DNA of 32,000 nt from Candidatus Moranella endobia PCIT (GCF_000219175.1 NC_015735.1:90001-122000), one strand, 5' to 3'. Shown: positions 1 to 11,639, counted from the first letter of the stretch. Made by a program: numbers and translations. Notes: generated by a model from the letters alone, not told the origin.

Positions 1-163
1 TAATAGTGGCAGGGTTAGAATTAACTAACACTACGCGATAGCCCTCTTCGCGTAGAGCTTTGCAAGCTTGAGTACCAGAATAATCAAATTCGCACGCCTG
101 GCCGATAATGATTGGGCCGGCGCCCAGGATCAGGATTTTGTTTAGATCGATACGTTTTGGCAT
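1..163 (-). CDS. carB: Carbamoyl-phosphate synthase large subunit, N-terminal fragment (runs off the window edge)
   Basis: Reverse-strand translation from the ATG at 163-161 gives [53 protein letters not shown], the typical CarB N-terminus; it lies directly downstream of carA. Confidence 0.96.
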   Translation of the reverse strand, partial: MPKRIDLNKILILGAGPIIIGQACEFDYSGTQACKALREEGYRVVLVNSNPATI

Positions 164-227
164 CTCATACTCTTGATACGTTATGTGTCAAATTAAGGAA
201 GGAAGATGGTCTATATATGAGCTGATC

Positions 228-1376
228 TCAAATAGTAGGCTGTAAGCGATAAGAACTGATGAGATCAATAAAATGGTTAAATAATGGCGAGGCATCCTGT
301 GGTCCAGGACTAGCTTCGGGATGACCCTGAAAACTGAATGCTGGCTTATCTATGCGGTGTAAACCCTGTAGCGTGCCATCAAAAAGTGACTTATGGGTTA
401 CCCTGAGCATTACTGGTAGTGTCTTTTCCTCTACCGCAAAACCATGGTTCTGGGCGGTAATCATTACTCTGTCCGTATCCAAATCTTTTACCGGATGATT
501 ACTACCGTGGTGACCAAACTGCAGCTTAACTGTCTTAGCACCGCTTGCCAAAGCGAGTAATTGATGGCCTAGGCAAATACCAAATATTGGAATTTCGGTA
601 GTAAGAAAAGTTTTGATAGCATTAACCGCGTAATCGCATGATTCGGGATCGCCCGGACCATTGGACAAAAAAATACCATCAGGATTCATCATGAGAACAG
701 TTTTAGGTGGAGTTTGCGCTGGAACGACAGTTAAATGACACCCTCGATCAACTAGCATGCGCATTATATTGCGTTTAATACCATAGTCATAGGCAACTAC
801 ATGATAAGGTAAGTTAGTCGATGGCAAAGGCAATCCACCGTCCAGAGTCCAACTACCTTGGGTCCAGCTATACTGCTCGGTAGTACTAACTTCTTTCGCC
901 AGGTCCATACCTTTAAGACCAGGAAAGGCGCGCGCTTTGCGCAGCGCTAGTTGCGTATCCAGGTGCTTACCCGCAATAACGCAACCATGTTGTGTCCCCT
1001 TTTCTCGTAGATAACGAGTCAGCTTACGAGTATCAATATCAGCAATACTGACAATATTTTGCTGCTTTAAATAAGCAGATAAAGACATAGTATCCCGAAA
1101 ATTACTAGTAATGAGCGGCAAATCACGGATCACTAAAGCACGTGCCTGCACTCGGGATGATTCGTTGTCGGCTTCATTTGTACCAACATTGCCAATATGG
1201 GGATAAGTAAGAGTAACAATTTGGTTAGAATATGAAGGATCAGTAAGAATTTCTTGATAGCCAGTGATTGATGTATTAAAAACTACTTCCCCAACCACTA
1301 TACCATCTACACCAATGGAACGACCATGAAATTCAGTTCCATCTTCCATAACTAACAGCGCCGACTTGATCAACAA
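228..1376 (-). CDS. carA: Carbamoyl-phosphate synthase small subunit (glutaminase)
   Basis: 382-aa ORF with class I amidotransferase motifs ([24 protein letters not shown]) and the CarA N-terminus (L)[16 protein letters not shown]. The start is a TTG, at 1376 or more likely 1373 by analogy with E. coli carA. A GGGAGG Shine-Dalgarno lies just upstream. Confidence 0.98.
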   Translation of the reverse strand: MLIKSALLVMEDGTEFHGRSIGVDGIVVGEVVFNTSITGYQEILTDPSYSNQIVTLTYPHIGNVGTNEADNESSRVQARALVIRDLPLITSNFRDTMSLSAYLKQQNIVSIADIDTRKLTRYLREKGTQHGCVIAGKHLDTQLALRKARAFPGLKGMDLAKEVSTTEQYSWTQGSWTLDGGLPLPSTNLPYHVVAYDYGIKRNIMRMLVDRGCHLTVVPAQTPPKTVLMMNPDGIFLSNGPGDPESCDYAVNAIKTFLTTEIPIFGICLGHQLLALASGAKTVKLQFGHHGSNHPVKDLDTDRVMITAQNHGFAVEEKTLPVMLRVTHKSLFDGTLQGLHRIDKPAFSFQGHPEASPGPQDASPLFNHFIDLISSYRLQPTI

Positions 1377-1583
1377 ACATCCTCCCCTGTAACTGTTACA
1401 TTACTTTATATCATATTTCTTTCATTGTTTTCTAAAAAGATCATGTTAGAAATTGGTCATGCGACACTTAAATAAATCAGATAAACTTTTAGCAATCGTT
1501 TTATAGTGTTACGTTATAATATGCAATACCTTAGATACTAAAAATTAAAATGTATAATAAAAAAGTGTTTCAGAAAAACTGGC

Positions 1584-2411
1584 CTATAATTTATCGAGAT
1601 TTAGTACATTCACCATACTAAAGAGACCGTTTTTCTGACTAGCAAGCCAAACTGCCGCACGAACAGCCCCGATAGCAAAAGTCATTCTGCTTGATGCCTT
1701 ATGAGTTATTTCCAGGCGTTCACCAAGCCCAGCAAACATCGCAGTATGCTCACCAATTATGTCACCTGCCCGTACTGTAGCAAAGCCAATACTTTTTACT
1801 TGGCGCTCTCCGGTATGCCCATGACGGCTATAAACCCCACATTGGGTAAGATTTAGCCCTAGAACGCTAGCGATCGTCTCCCCTATTGCCAGCGCGGTGC
1901 CTGACGGAGCATCGACTTTTTGACGATGATGAGCTTCGATAATTTCAATATCAGCTTCTTCCCCCATGATCTGCGTCGCTTTTTCCAGTAATTTTAGCAT
2001 GAGATTAACGCCAACGCTAAAGTTAGCGGTAAAAACAATACCGATCTCTTTTGCTGCCGCGTTAATAATTTCCTTCTGTCTATCACTGAACCCCGTAGTG
2101 CCTATTACGATACCTTTTTGATGCAGTCGGCAAAAATCCAAGTATTTCAGACTAGTTTCAGGACTAGTAAAATCAATAAGAATATCAAAATCATTAGATA
2201 CCGACGATATATCACTAGTTATTGTTACGCCTAAATCACCAATACCAACTAGTTTACCGGCATCTAAACCATAGAATACTGAATTAGCACGGTTTAGTGC
2301 AACGCTCAGTTTCGCCTGTTCAGAATCTGTAACTGCCTGGATTAGTTTGCGTCCCATCCGGCCACTAGCGCCAACTACTGCAATGCGTATTGGTTTATTA
2401 CTACTACTCAT
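1584..2411 (-). CDS. dapB: 4-hydroxy-tetrahydrodipicolinate reductase
   Basis: 275-aa ORF with the nucleotide-binding motif [16 protein letters not shown] and the DapB signature [16 protein letters not shown]. Confidence 0.98.
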   Translation of the reverse strand: MSSSNKPIRIAVVGASGRMGRKLIQAVTDSEQAKLSVALNRANSVFYGLDAGKLVGIGDLGVTITSDISSVSNDFDILIDFTSPETSLKYLDFCRLHQKGIVIGTTGFSDRQKEIINAAAKEIGIVFTANFSVGVNLMLKLLEKATQIMGEEADIEIIEAHHRQKVDAPSGTALAIGETIASVLGLNLTQCGVYSRHGHTGERQVKSIGFATVRAGDIIGEHTAMFAGLGERLEITHKASSRMTFAIGAVRAAVWLASQKNGLFSMVNVLNLDKL

Positions 2412-2514
2412 AATCTCTCCAATTATCTGGATCTATCAACTATAGGTATAGGAAACGTAAATTAAATAATCACTTGCAAAGTTCATGCGTTATAATATTT
2501 TAACTAATTCTACT

Positions 2515-3003
2515 CTAACGAGTAGTGTGGCCAACAGGAAGAAAAACCAAACCAAGTATAGCGCCCATGCAAATGCCTATATCCGCCACATTAAATGTCG
2601 GCCAGTACCAATCGCCAACATAGAAAATAATAAAATCAATTACAAAACTATGCACCATCCTGTCAAATAAATTGCCAAGAGCTCCGCCGACAATTATAGA
2701 GTATACTATATTAGTTAGTATTGCCCGTTTGTCCAAACGATACATAATAACTAAGTGAAATACTATGATTATTACTGAGATGAAGGATAAAATCCAACGT
2801 TGCAATTCTCCTTTCTCTGCTAAACAACTAAAGGCAGCGCATGGATTGTGAGCATATGTAAAATTAATAAATGGCATAACTGGCACGGACTCGCTAAGCC
2901 AGCAATGCCTCATGACAAACTGCTTGCTACCAATATCAAACAACATAATTACTAATGCTAGCCAAAACCAACTTAGTCCAGTAGACATTATTTTTTTATG
3001 CAT
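2515..3003 (-). CDS. lspA: Lipoprotein signal peptidase II
   Basis: 162-aa hydrophobic ORF with LspA blocks DIGSK, GNLFDR, VIDFI and [13 protein letters not shown] overlap with the ileS stop. The start may instead be the internal MSTGLSW. Confidence 0.93.
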   Translation of the reverse strand: MHKKIMSTGLSWFWLALVIMLFDIGSKQFVMRHCWLSESVPVMPFINFTYAHNPCAAFSCLAEKGELQRWILSFISVIIIVFHLVIMYRLDKRAILTNIVYSIIVGGALGNLFDRMVHSFVIDFIIFYVGDWYWPTFNVADIGICMGAILGLVFLPVGHTTR

Positions 3004-5819
3004 TAGACAAACTGGCGTGTTTCACCAGGACCAGCAATATTACTGACACAACGACTACAGATGTCCGGATAATCAGCATGCTCACCGAGATTCGTCTTAT
3101 AATGCCAACATCGCTGGCATTTTTTTCCATTGGCTTTTGCTAAAGAAATTTTAAGTCCATTAATTCCAACACATTGGACAGCATTACTACTGGCAGCAAA
3201 ATAATCAGCAACTACTGCGCTTGAGGTCAATAGTATAAAGCAAAGTTCATCACCTAATTCACATAATAAGTTAGCAAGAATAGGTTCTGCATAAAGTGTA
3301 ATTTGAGCTTCTAGTGAACCACCAATCAGTTTATTCGAACGTGCCTGTTCGATGATCTTGTTAGTTTCACTACGTACTTGCAACAAGATTTGCCAAAAAT
3401 GATTGTTCAAAGGCTGGGCGTTATCCAACCCAAACAGTCCATCATACCACTCTTCAGTAAAAACATATGGTGCTCGTTTGCCAGGCATGAAGCCCCATAT
3501 TTCATGAGCAGTAAATGGCATTATAGGTGCTATCCAGCGCACTAAACTTTCAATGCTATGATAAAGTGCGGTCTGACCGCTGCGGTGTGCAATGCTTTCA
3601 GTTTTAGTAGTATACTGACGATCTTTGACAATATCTAGGTAAAAAGAACCCATTTCAACCGAGCAAAATTGCATCATACGTTGTACAACATGCTGCAAAT
3701 TATAGCTGTCGTAGGCGGATATAATCTCTACCTGTGCTGCCTGCGCTCGTCCAACAGCCCAGCGATCTAGTACCAACATATGCTCTGAACTGATACTATG
3801 GCAAGCTGGATCAAAACCATTAAGGTTAGCCAATAAAAAACGCGCGGTATTGCGTATGCGTCGATAAGTATCAGTGGATCGCTTTAGAATCTCATGTGAA
3901 ATCGCCATTTCACTAGTATAATCGGTGGAAGCAACCCAAAGACGCAGGATATCAGCTCCTAATTGATCTATTATATATTGCGGACTTACAACATTACCAG
4001 CCGATTTGGACATTTTGCGGCCCTGTCCGTCGACGGTAAAACCATGGGTCAGCACCTGACGATATGGCGCCTGGCCATAAATAGCAGTGGAAATCATCAG
4101 CGACGACATAAACCACCCGCGATACTGGTCAGCTCCTTCTAGATATAAATCTGGTGTATGGCCAGCAAATTCCTGCCGCACTACCACCACGGTAGCATGA
4201 GTAGCACCGGAATCAAACCAAACATCAAGAGTATCAGGGACCTTGTGATAATAGACAGCGTCATCACCCAGAATATCGAAGGGATCTAAATCCCACCATG
4301 CTTGAATACCATCTTTTTCAACTAATTGCGCCACGGTTTCTATGAGTTCGATGGTGCGAGGATGCAGTGTTTCGGTGTCATTATGAATAAACAACACCAT
4401 GGGTACACCCCAGATGCGTTGCCGCGAAATACACCAATCAGGACGTTTAGCCACCATATTTAAGATGTGCGCCTGCCCCCATTCAGGGATCCATTGTACT
4501 TTATTGATTTCTGCTATAGTCTGCTCACGCAGACTACAATTATCCATACTGACAAACCACTGTGGTGTAGAACGAAATATTACAGGCGTCTTATGCCGCC
4601 AACAGTGCGGGTAGCTGTGCTTGATTTGATCCACATACAATAGTGCACCGCTGTCACGCAATAGATCTATGATGATTGTATTAGCTTTGAATACCTGTAG
4701 ACCGTCAAGTACTGGCATAGTGCCAGGAATATAGCAACCGTCAGGTCCAATAGAATTAGTTACTTCTAGACCGTATTGTTGGCATATGACATAATCTTCA
4801 ATACCATGGTCAGGAGCAGTATGTACAGCACCAGTACCAGTATCTAATGTAACATGCTTACCCAGAATAACTGGCACATCAAATTCCATAAAAGGATGGC
4901 GAAATCGAAGTAACTCCAGCGCACTGCCTTTGATGCTACCGAGTACCGTCCAATGATTGATGCCAGCGCGTGCCATCACGTTCTCTAATAGAGAAGCGGC
5001 TAAAACATAGTTTTGCCCGTAAAATGTTACCAACTGATATTCTAAGTCTGGGTGAACAGTTATTGCACGGCTTACTGGTAAGGTCCAGGGAGTTGTAGTC
5101 CAAATCAACAGTGAAATTTGACCGCTTAAAACAGACAAGCCAAACTTACCAGCGACCGTGCTAGTTTCTATTGCTGTAAAAGCAACGTCAATGGAAGGAG
5201 AACTGTGGTCATAATACTCAACCTCAGCTTCCGCTAGCGTAGATCGGCAATCGATACACCAATGAACGGGTTTTTCTCCTTTATATAGATGACCATTGGC
5301 AATGATCTGGCTAAACGCGCGAATAGTATGTGCTACTGTGGTACAGCTCATTGTTAAGTAAGGATGCTCCCAATCACCAAGCACGCCCAAACGGATGTAA
5401 TCTTTTTTTTGTTTTTCTACTTGTTCCGCTGCATAAAAACTGCAAGCAGCGCGAAACTCAGCGACGCTTACTTGATCGCCTGGCTTACCGATTAGTTGCT
5501 CAACCTTCAGTTCAATTGGTAAACCATGGCAGTCCCAGCCCGGGACATAAGGCGAGTCATAACCCATTAATCCTTTAGATTTAATAATAATATCTTTAAG
5601 AATTTTATTCACCGAGTGACCAATATGAATATTGCCATTCGCATACGGAGGACCATCATGCAAAATAAATTTTTTTTTACCTTTTTTAGCGCGGCGGATG
5701 ATTCCGTAAAGATCTTGATCATACCAGTGCTGTAACATACCAGGCTCACGCTGAGCTAAATCACCGCGCATGGAAAACTCTGTATACGGTAAATTCAGAG
5801 TATTTTTATAATCAGCCAT
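3003..5819 (-). CDS. ileS: Isoleucyl-tRNA synthetase
   Basis: 938-aa ORF with HIGH motif ([13 protein letters not shown]), KMSKS motif ([14 protein letters not shown]) and C-terminal zinc ligands CQRCW / CSRC. Confidence 0.99.
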   Translation of the reverse strand: MADYKNTLNLPYTEFSMRGDLAQREPGMLQHWYDQDLYGIIRRAKKGKKKFILHDGPPYANGNIHIGHSVNKILKDIIIKSKGLMGYDSPYVPGWDCHGLPIELKVEQLIGKPGDQVSVAEFRAACSFYAAEQVEKQKKDYIRLGVLGDWEHPYLTMSCTTVAHTIRAFSQIIANGHLYKGEKPVHWCIDCRSTLAEAEVEYYDHSSPSIDVAFTAIETSTVAGKFGLSVLSGQISLLIWTTTPWTLPVSRAITVHPDLEYQLVTFYGQNYVLAASLLENVMARAGINHWTVLGSIKGSALELLRFRHPFMEFDVPVILGKHVTLDTGTGAVHTAPDHGIEDYVICQQYGLEVTNSIGPDGCYIPGTMPVLDGLQVFKANTIIIDLLRDSGALLYVDQIKHSYPHCWRHKTPVIFRSTPQWFVSMDNCSLREQTIAEINKVQWIPEWGQAHILNMVAKRPDWCISRQRIWGVPMVLFIHNDTETLHPRTIELIETVAQLVEKDGIQAWWDLDPFDILGDDAVYYHKVPDTLDVWFDSGATHATVVVVRQEFAGHTPDLYLEGADQYRGWFMSSLMISTAIYGQAPYRQVLTHGFTVDGQGRKMSKSAGNVVSPQYIIDQLGADILRLWVASTDYTSEMAISHEILKRSTDTYRRIRNTARFLLANLNGFDPACHSISSEHMLVLDRWAVGRAQAAQVEIISAYDSYNLQHVVQRMMQFCSVEMGSFYLDIVKDRQYTTKTESIAHRSGQTALYHSIESLVRWIAPIMPFTAHEIWGFMPGKRAPYVFTEEWYDGLFGLDNAQPLNNHFWQILLQVRSETNKIIEQARSNKLIGGSLEAQITLYAEPILANLLCELGDELCFILLTSSAVVADYFAASSNAVQCVGINGLKISLAKANGKKCQRCWHYKTNLGEHADYPDICSRCVSNIAGPGETRQFV

Positions 5820-5852
5820 TTGACCATCGGTTCCATGTTTGTTTTAAGTATT

Positions 5853-5878
5853 ATGACTATTTGCTAGCAAATAGTCAT
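5853..5878. repeat. Perfect 26-bp palindrome upstream of ileS
   Basis: atgactatttgctagcaaatagtcat equals its own reverse complement. Confidence 0.95.
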
Positions 5879-5921
5879 GTTTACTCTTATAATTTTATTA
5901 ATTTAACATTTTAACAAATGA

Positions 5922-5963
5922 AGCGAACCATTTTTTCGTTTGTTCGTTGCTTAATGGTTTGCT
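5922..5963. repeat. Inverted repeat, 11-bp arms (10/11 complementary)
   Basis: agcgaaccatt ... aatggtttgct. Confidence 0.7.
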
Positions 5964-5979
5964 AAGGAATATTTCAAGA

Positions 5980-6022
5980 TAGTAATAACAGCAGACTAAC
6001 AGTTAGTCTGCTGTTATTACTA
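5980..6022. repeat. Perfect inverted repeat, 21-bp arms, 1-nt centre
   Basis: tagtaataacagcagactaac-a-gttagtctgctgttattacta. Confidence 0.96.
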
Positions 6023-6318
6023 CTTTAGATACACTAAAAGGTAACTAGGCTACCATTACCAAATTTGGGTAACAGTATATCTAGTAGATATATTTATGTT
6101 ACTAAATCGTAAACGTTTAGCCGAAAACAAATATTTCTGTTGACGACTTTGAACTGGTATTGCAACTATGATTAACCCAAAAAAAAATCCAAACTTGACA
6201 TAATATTATGTAAATAGCATCGCGCTTATTTATCATGAATAACTTTATTTAACGTGAGATAACTGATATTATTTTATAATGAAAATTTGCATAACTAAAT
6301 AATTTTAGGAGTTAGGCC

Positions 6319-6600
6319 TTGGCAAATATCAAATCATCTAAAAAACGTGCAGTACAGTCTGAAAATCGTCGTCAACATAATACTAGTCGTCGCTCTATGA
6401 TGCGTACCTTTGTAAAACGGGTATACGTTGCTATCGCCGCTGGTAACAAAACAGCAGCTAATAATTCTTTTTGTACAATGCAAAAAATTATTGATCATCA
6501 AGCGAGCAAAGGGTTGATCCATAAAAATAAAGCAGCACGTCAAAAATCTAAATTAGCCATTAAACTCAAAGTAATGAGTTCGATACCACAAACAAAGTAA
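6319..6600 (+). CDS. rpsT: 30S ribosomal protein S20
   Basis: 93-aa basic ORF, (TTG)[35 protein letters not shown]..., typical S20. TTG start as in E. coli rpsT, preceded by AGGAG. Confidence 0.97.
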   Translation: MANIKSSKKRAVQSENRRQHNTSRRSMMRTFVKRVYVAIAAGNKTAANNSFCTMQKIIDHQASKGLIHKNKAARQKSKLAIKLKVMSSIPQTK

Positions 6601-6638
6601 AATATAAGCGTTGACAACGATGCCTATAGCTCGGCGCA

Positions 6639-7748
6639 TCAACTAGTTAAATCATCAAAAAACTTTTTTACTCCGTCGAAAAAGCTTTTAGAACGTGGGC
6701 TGTTTTGATTACCGTTTGGTCCTCCAAAACTTGCCTCTAACTCCCGCAATAGCTTTCTCTGAAGCTCATTGAGCTTAACAGGTGTTTCAACTACCACCCG
6801 ACACAGTAAATCACCTTGCGAACCGCCACGCACAGATTGCACGCCTTTACCCCGCATGCGAAACAATTTACCGGTCTGAGTTTCCGCAGGCACTTTTAGT
6901 TTAACTCGGCCATCTAACGTCGGAACTTCAATTTCGCCGCCTAATGCAGCCATTGCAAAGTTAATTGGCACTTCACAAGAAAGGTTATTTTCGTCACGTT
7001 CAAATATTGGATGTTTACGTACCTTAACCTGTACATAAAGATCACCAGCGGTAGCTCCATGCTCGCCTGCTTCACCCTCGCCAGTTAAGCGGATACGATC
7101 TCCGGTACCCACACCAGCTGGAATTTTCACTGATAACGTTTTGCTTTTTTCTAATCGACCATGACCGTGACATTTAATGCAAGGCTCCTTGATGACCTTA
7201 CCCTGTCCCTGACAGGTTGGACACGTCTGTTGCACAGCAAAAAAACCCTGGCGCATCTGCACTTGCCCTTGGCCGTGACAGGTTGGACAGTTTACTGCCG
7301 AGATTCCTGTCCTAGCTCCACTACCATGGCAAACATCACACTCATCAAGCGTTGGAATACGTATTTCACGTGTTACCCCGCGAACAGCCTCTTCCAATGA
7401 AAGCTCAACATTATAGCGTACATCAGCCCCTCTGCCAGAGCGTTGACGCCGACCACCGCCAAAAATATCACCAAACACATCGCCAAAAATATCACCAAAA
7501 CCGCTTGCACCCATACTGTCATGTTCAAAGGCAGCATGACTATATTGGTCATAAGCAGCACGCTTTTTCTGGTCAGTTAGTACTTCATAAGCTTCTTTTA
7601 TTTCTTTGAATCTAGCTTCGGCTTTGGCATTTCCTGGATTGCGATCCGGGTGGAATTTCATTGCCAGGCGTTTATAGGCCTTTTTTATTTCACGCTCTTC
7701 TGCATCACGGGAAACACCTAAAATCTCATAGTAGTCTGATTTCGCCAT
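6639..7748 (-). CDS. dnaJ: Chaperone protein DnaJ
   Basis: J-domain ([11 protein letters not shown]..., HPD), G/F region ([15 protein letters not shown]) and four CxxCxGxG-type zinc repeats. The start is placed at MAKSDYY rather than the longer ORF start at 7772. Confidence 0.98.
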   Translation of the reverse strand: MAKSDYYEILGVSRDAEEREIKKAYKRLAMKFHPDRNPGNAKAEARFKEIKEAYEVLTDQKKRAAYDQYSHAAFEHDSMGASGFGDIFGDVFGDIFGGGRRQRSGRGADVRYNVELSLEEAVRGVTREIRIPTLDECDVCHGSGARTGISAVNCPTCHGQGQVQMRQGFFAVQQTCPTCQGQGKVIKEPCIKCHGHGRLEKSKTLSVKIPAGVGTGDRIRLTGEGEAGEHGATAGDLYVQVKVRKHPIFERDENNLSCEVPINFAMAALGGEIEVPTLDGRVKLKVPAETQTGKLFRMRGKGVQSVRGGSQGDLLCRVVVETPVKLNELQRKLLRELEASFGGPNGNQNSPRSKSFFDGVKKFFDDLTS

Positions 7749-7779
7749 TGTATTTTCTTTTCCTGCCATCAACGTGCTC

Positions 7780-7811
7780 GCACGGGCGCGGAGTTACCTC
7801 TACGCCCGTGC
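7780..7811. repeat. GC-rich inverted repeat between dnaK and dnaJ (9-bp arms, 14-nt loop)
   Basis: gcacgggcg ... cgcccgtgc. Confidence 0.85.
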
Positions 7812-7820
7812 CTGTAAACA

Positions 7821-7846
7821 ACAGCGGCAGCATTCGCCGCCGCTGT
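7821..7846. repeat. Second GC-rich inverted repeat between dnaK and dnaJ (8-bp arms, 10-nt loop)
   Basis: acagcggc-agcattcgcc-gccgctgt. Confidence 0.85.
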
Positions 7847-7868
7847 ACCAATCATTAAGTAAGCACGA

Positions 7869-9767
7869 TTATTTTTTGTCTTTAACTTCTTCAAACTCGG
7901 CATCAACTACATCGCTGTCTACCTTGTTACTACTACCTTCTACAGTGTTATCCTTGTGCTGAACTGCCTCTAATAATTGACTGGAAACCTGAATTAAATT
8001 CTGCATTTTTTCGTCAATCTTGGCTTTATCCTCTTCTTTCAGAACAGCTTCTAGGTCTTTCAAAGCAACTTCAATAGGAGTCTTAACTTCAGTCGACAGT
8101 TTTTCACCAACATCTTCTAGCTGCTTCCGTGTACTATGCAGCATATAATCCGCTTGGTTACGTGTCTGTACTAGCTCTTCAAACTTACGGTCAGATTCTG
8201 CGTTTACTTCAGCTTCCTGTACCATTTTCTTGATTTCTGCTTCATTTAGACCCGAAGAAGCCTTAATGGTGATTTTTTGTTCGTGACCACTATTTTTGTC
8301 CTTTGCTGAAACATGCAGTATACCATCTGCGTCTATATCAAATGTTACTTCAATCTGTGGTGTGCCACGAATGGCTGGTGCAATACCGTCCAAATTGAAC
8401 TGGCCTAATGATTTGTTATCACCAGCACGCTTACGCTCACCCTGCAAAACATGAATGGTTACTGCAGACTGATTGTCTTCTGCTGTGGAGAAGATTTGAC
8501 TATGCTTGGTAGGAATAGTAGTATTTTTGACAATCAGTGGCGTCATAACTCCACCCATGGTTTCAATACCCAAAGAAAGTGGTGTAACGTCCAAAAGCAG
8601 CACGTCTTTGACGTCACCTGTTAGCACTCCGCCCTGCACAGCTGCGCCAATAGCAACAGCCTCGTCTGGGTTAACGTCTTTACGCGGCTCTTTCTCAAAG
8701 AAGTCAGTAACTTTCTTCTGCACCAGTGGCATGCGGGTCTGCCCACCTACCAATATAACATCTTTAATATCAATTACCGAAAGGCCAGCATCATTTAGAG
8801 CTACTTTCAGTGGATCAAGCGTACGATTGACCAGTTCTTCCACCAAAGACTCAAGTTTGGCACGAGTTACTTTCAAGTGCATATGTTTTGGACCCGAACT
8901 GTCAGCAGTTATGTACGGTAGATTAACTTCAGTTTGCTGCGCTGATGACAGCTCGATCTTGGCTTTTTCAGCAGCCTCTTTCAAACGCTGCATCGCCAAT
9001 GGATCGTTACGTAGATCGATACCTTGATCTTTTTTGAATTCATCCACCAGATAATTAATCAATCTACTGTCAAAGTCCTCACCACCCAAATGAGTGTCAC
9101 CGTTAGTTGCTAGTACTTCAAAAGTTTTTTCTCCTTCAACATCATCAATTTCGATAATAGATATATCAAAAGTTCCGCCACCCAAATCATAGACCGCGAT
9201 AGTACGGTTACCTGTTTCTTTATCTAGACCATAGGCCAGCGCAGCTGCAGTCGGTTCGTTGATGATACGTTTAACATCCAAACCAGCAATGCGTCCAGCG
9301 TCTTTTGTAGCCTGGCGCTGTGTATCATTAAAATAAGCTGGTACGGTAATAACCGCTTCGTTGATTTGTTCACCTAGATAGTCTTCTGCCGTTTTTTTCA
9401 TTTTTTTCAGAATTTCAGCAGAAATCTGCGGCGGTGCTATTTTCTGACCTTTAACTTCCAGCCAAGCATCACCATTATCCGCTGCAATAATTTTGTATGG
9501 CATAATGTTGACATCACGCTGTACTTCTGCATCATGGAAACGACGGCCAATTAGACGCTTGATGGCAAATAATGTATTCTGCGGGTTAGTAACGGACTGA
9601 CGTTTAGCCGGTTGGCCAACCAGGATTTCACCCTCACGTGTATAAGCAATAATGGAAGGTGTGGTGCGATCACCTTCGCTATTTTCAAGTACGCGAGGTT
9701 TTCTACCTTCAATAATTGCTATGCAGGAGTTGGTAGTACCCAAATCGATACCAATGATTTTTCCCAT
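7869..9767 (-). CDS. dnaK: Chaperone protein DnaK (Hsp70)
   Basis: 632-aa ORF: [53 protein letters not shown]. Confidence 0.99.
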   Translation of the reverse strand: MGKIIGIDLGTTNSCIAIIEGRKPRVLENSEGDRTTPSIIAYTREGEILVGQPAKRQSVTNPQNTLFAIKRLIGRRFHDAEVQRDVNIMPYKIIAADNGDAWLEVKGQKIAPPQISAEILKKMKKTAEDYLGEQINEAVITVPAYFNDTQRQATKDAGRIAGLDVKRIINEPTAAALAYGLDKETGNRTIAVYDLGGGTFDISIIEIDDVEGEKTFEVLATNGDTHLGGEDFDSRLINYLVDEFKKDQGIDLRNDPLAMQRLKEAAEKAKIELSSAQQTEVNLPYITADSSGPKHMHLKVTRAKLESLVEELVNRTLDPLKVALNDAGLSVIDIKDVILVGGQTRMPLVQKKVTDFFEKEPRKDVNPDEAVAIGAAVQGGVLTGDVKDVLLLDVTPLSLGIETMGGVMTPLIVKNTTIPTKHSQIFSTAEDNQSAVTIHVLQGERKRAGDNKSLGQFNLDGIAPAIRGTPQIEVTFDIDADGILHVSAKDKNSGHEQKITIKASSGLNEAEIKKMVQEAEVNAESDRKFEELVQTRNQADYMLHSTRKQLEDVGEKLSTEVKTPIEVALKDLEAVLKEEDKAKIDEKMQNLIQVSSQLLEAVQHKDNTVEGSSNKVDSDVVDAEFEEVKDKK

Positions 9768-9884
9768 CTAAACATCTCCACTTAAGGTGTAATTTAGTTG
9801 CGAACGTGAGCCCAAGCGTCCGAAAAATGTTGAAGTTCTTGCCGCCTGATTATTCAAAATTTAACAACGGCGGGTGCAAATAGG

Positions 9885-9913
9885 ATGGGGTCACACTGCT
9901 CTGCATCAAGGGG
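9885..9913 (-). promoter_or_regulatory. Sigma32 (heat-shock) type promoter upstream of dnaK
   Basis: Reverse strand reads CCCCTTGATG-CAGAGCAGTGTGA-CCCCAT: -35 CTTGATG, 13-nt gap, -10 CCCCAT, ending about 118 nt upstream of the dnaK ATG. This closely matches the recalled E. coli dnaK P1 (CCCCCTTGATG-N13-CCCCAT). Confidence 0.88.
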
Positions 9914-10150
9914 CTAGAGTAAAAAAAAAATCATATCATATGGATGATGTTTATACTACTAGAGGTTTTCCAACCTAATTCCATGATTAGATAGTTAGTG
10001 TAATAGCATAACTATAAGTATGTCACCTAAAAAAAGCATAATTATGCTATTTACTGAGCGCATACTTTAATTATAGTGGGCGCCTTAATATAGACTGATA
10101 ATATTTGAGTAAGGCACGGGGGGTAAACAAAAAAAAACAGAGGCCAATTG

Positions 10151-10903
10151 ATGCGCAATACCGAATTAGAACAATTAATTAGTAAAAAACTTAATAACAA
10201 CAGCATCGTACTGAAAGACTATGCGCCTAACGGCCTGCAGGTGGAAGGTCGTCAGGACGTGAACCGTATTGTTACAGGTGTCACAGCCTGTCAAGCGCTT
10301 TTAGATAGCGCAATTGCATACTCTGCCGACGCGATAATCGTACACCACGGATATTTCTGGCAAAAAGAGTCACCAGTTATTAATGGTATAAAACGCTGGC
10401 GACTGAAAACATTGCTAACAAATGATATTAATTTATATGCCTGGCATTTACCACTGGACACCCACCCTGAAATTGGTAATAACGCACAGCTAGCAGCGGT
10501 ACTAGATATTACCGTAACCGGTAATCTAGATGAGCCACTTATTATGCAGGGGGAGTTCAATACAAAGATTACCGGAACAGAGCTGCATCGGCGCCTAGAA
10601 CAAACGTTAAGAGGTAACGTCTTGCACTATGGCGACGGCGGACCGGCATATATAAAAAGGTTGGCCTGGTGTACTGGAGGCGGCCAATGATTTATTGAAC
10701 TGGCAGCGCAAGCTGGCATGGACGAATTCATTACCGGTGAAGTATCCGAACCGACCATTCATATAGCTAGGGAACATGGAATGCATTTTTATGCCGCTGG
10801 CCATCACGCCACTGAAATTGGTGGAATTCATGCACTTGGGAAGTGGCTAGCAAAAAAATATAATTTAGATGTTATTTTTATCAATATACCAAATCCTGCT
10901 TAG
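10151..10903 (+). pseudogene. ybgI: YbgI/Nif3-like metal-binding protein (NIF3/DUF34 family), interrupted by one in-frame TGA at 10688-10690
   Basis: 10151-10690 encodes MRNTELEQLISKKLN...APNGLQVEG...IIVHHGYFW...WCTGGGQ, then TGA, and the same frame continues FIELAAQAGMDEFITGEVSEPTIHIAREHGMHFYAAGHHATEIGG...IPNPA to the TAG at 10901-10903. Both halves match YbgI throughout. Confidence 0.85.
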
Positions 10904-10921
10904 CTGAAGTTTTTTAAGTGC

Positions 10922-10951
10922 CCCAAGCTAAATAAATAAACTTTAGTTGGG
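10922..10951. terminator. Imperfect hairpin downstream of ybgI, possible terminator without a T tract
   Basis: cccaa(g)ctaaa - taaataaac - tttagttggg: 10 bp with one bulged G, 18 nt after the ybgI stop. On the + strand it is followed by TA8, not T's. Confidence 0.35.
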
Positions 10952-11639
10952 TAAAAAAAATTAAATTATAAATATATAATATGTAGGCTTTTGACTTGCT
11001 CAAAAACCAGGATGCCAAATAATAGCTAGCTACTGTTAGCGTACAATATACTTGTTTAGTTACAATATAATTCTGTTTGATAAAACTTTAATTACCGCTG
11101 AAAACGATAAGTTGGTACTATAATTACCAGCGCTTAGGACCGATGCTCTGAAAAATTTTGGTCACAAAACTAGACATCGAACAATCAAAGCATCGTAAAA
11201 CCACGCTAGTTCAGCGCTGTAAGTAATATTAGTTAAGATTATTAATCTTACCTATTTTTAATAGGTTAGTCGTGTGATTAACAAAATCTTACAACAACTA
11301 TTGCTAGGTAACATAGTAAATTCAAGTGACTAGGTAACCGTAGCGAAATAGATTTACGTTGACAGAGCTGCTCAGTAGTGGCAAAAATTTTTATCCTTGA
11401 TTTTATTTGTTTATAGGAAATCTTGAATACATTTACTTCGGACCGCAGTGATAGATGAGTTATTTAGTGCTACTACTTCAGGCTGAATACTGTAGCTATT
11501 ACTGGTTATGATAAAAGAACAAATAGGTTCTGGAATTTAACGTATGCTCACAGCAACAAAAATTTAACGCTGAATGATCAATTATAGCACTGCGATGAAG
11601 CGCCGCTAAAACTTGCCAGATCAATATGGAAATAACATT

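Noticed and set aside
7373-7561. Phe/Gly/Asp repeats at the start of the dnaJ mid-region as an unusual repeat protein
   Set aside because: This is the normal DnaJ G/F linker ([15 protein letters not shown]), seen in enterics.
8506-9027. 173-aa + strand ORF opposite dnaK
   Set aside because: Antisense shadow of the conserved dnaK coding sequence with no recognisable domain. The same applies to 4399-4614, 5330-5578, 7161-7400, 7352-7609, 10291-10560, 12392-12754, 22023-22496 and 24281-24646.
10688-10690. Genetic code change with UGA read as an amino acid
   Set aside because: TGG is used normally for Trp, other genes lack internal TGA, and several genes here (e.g. hflK) end in TGA. One site is better explained by a nonsense mutation.
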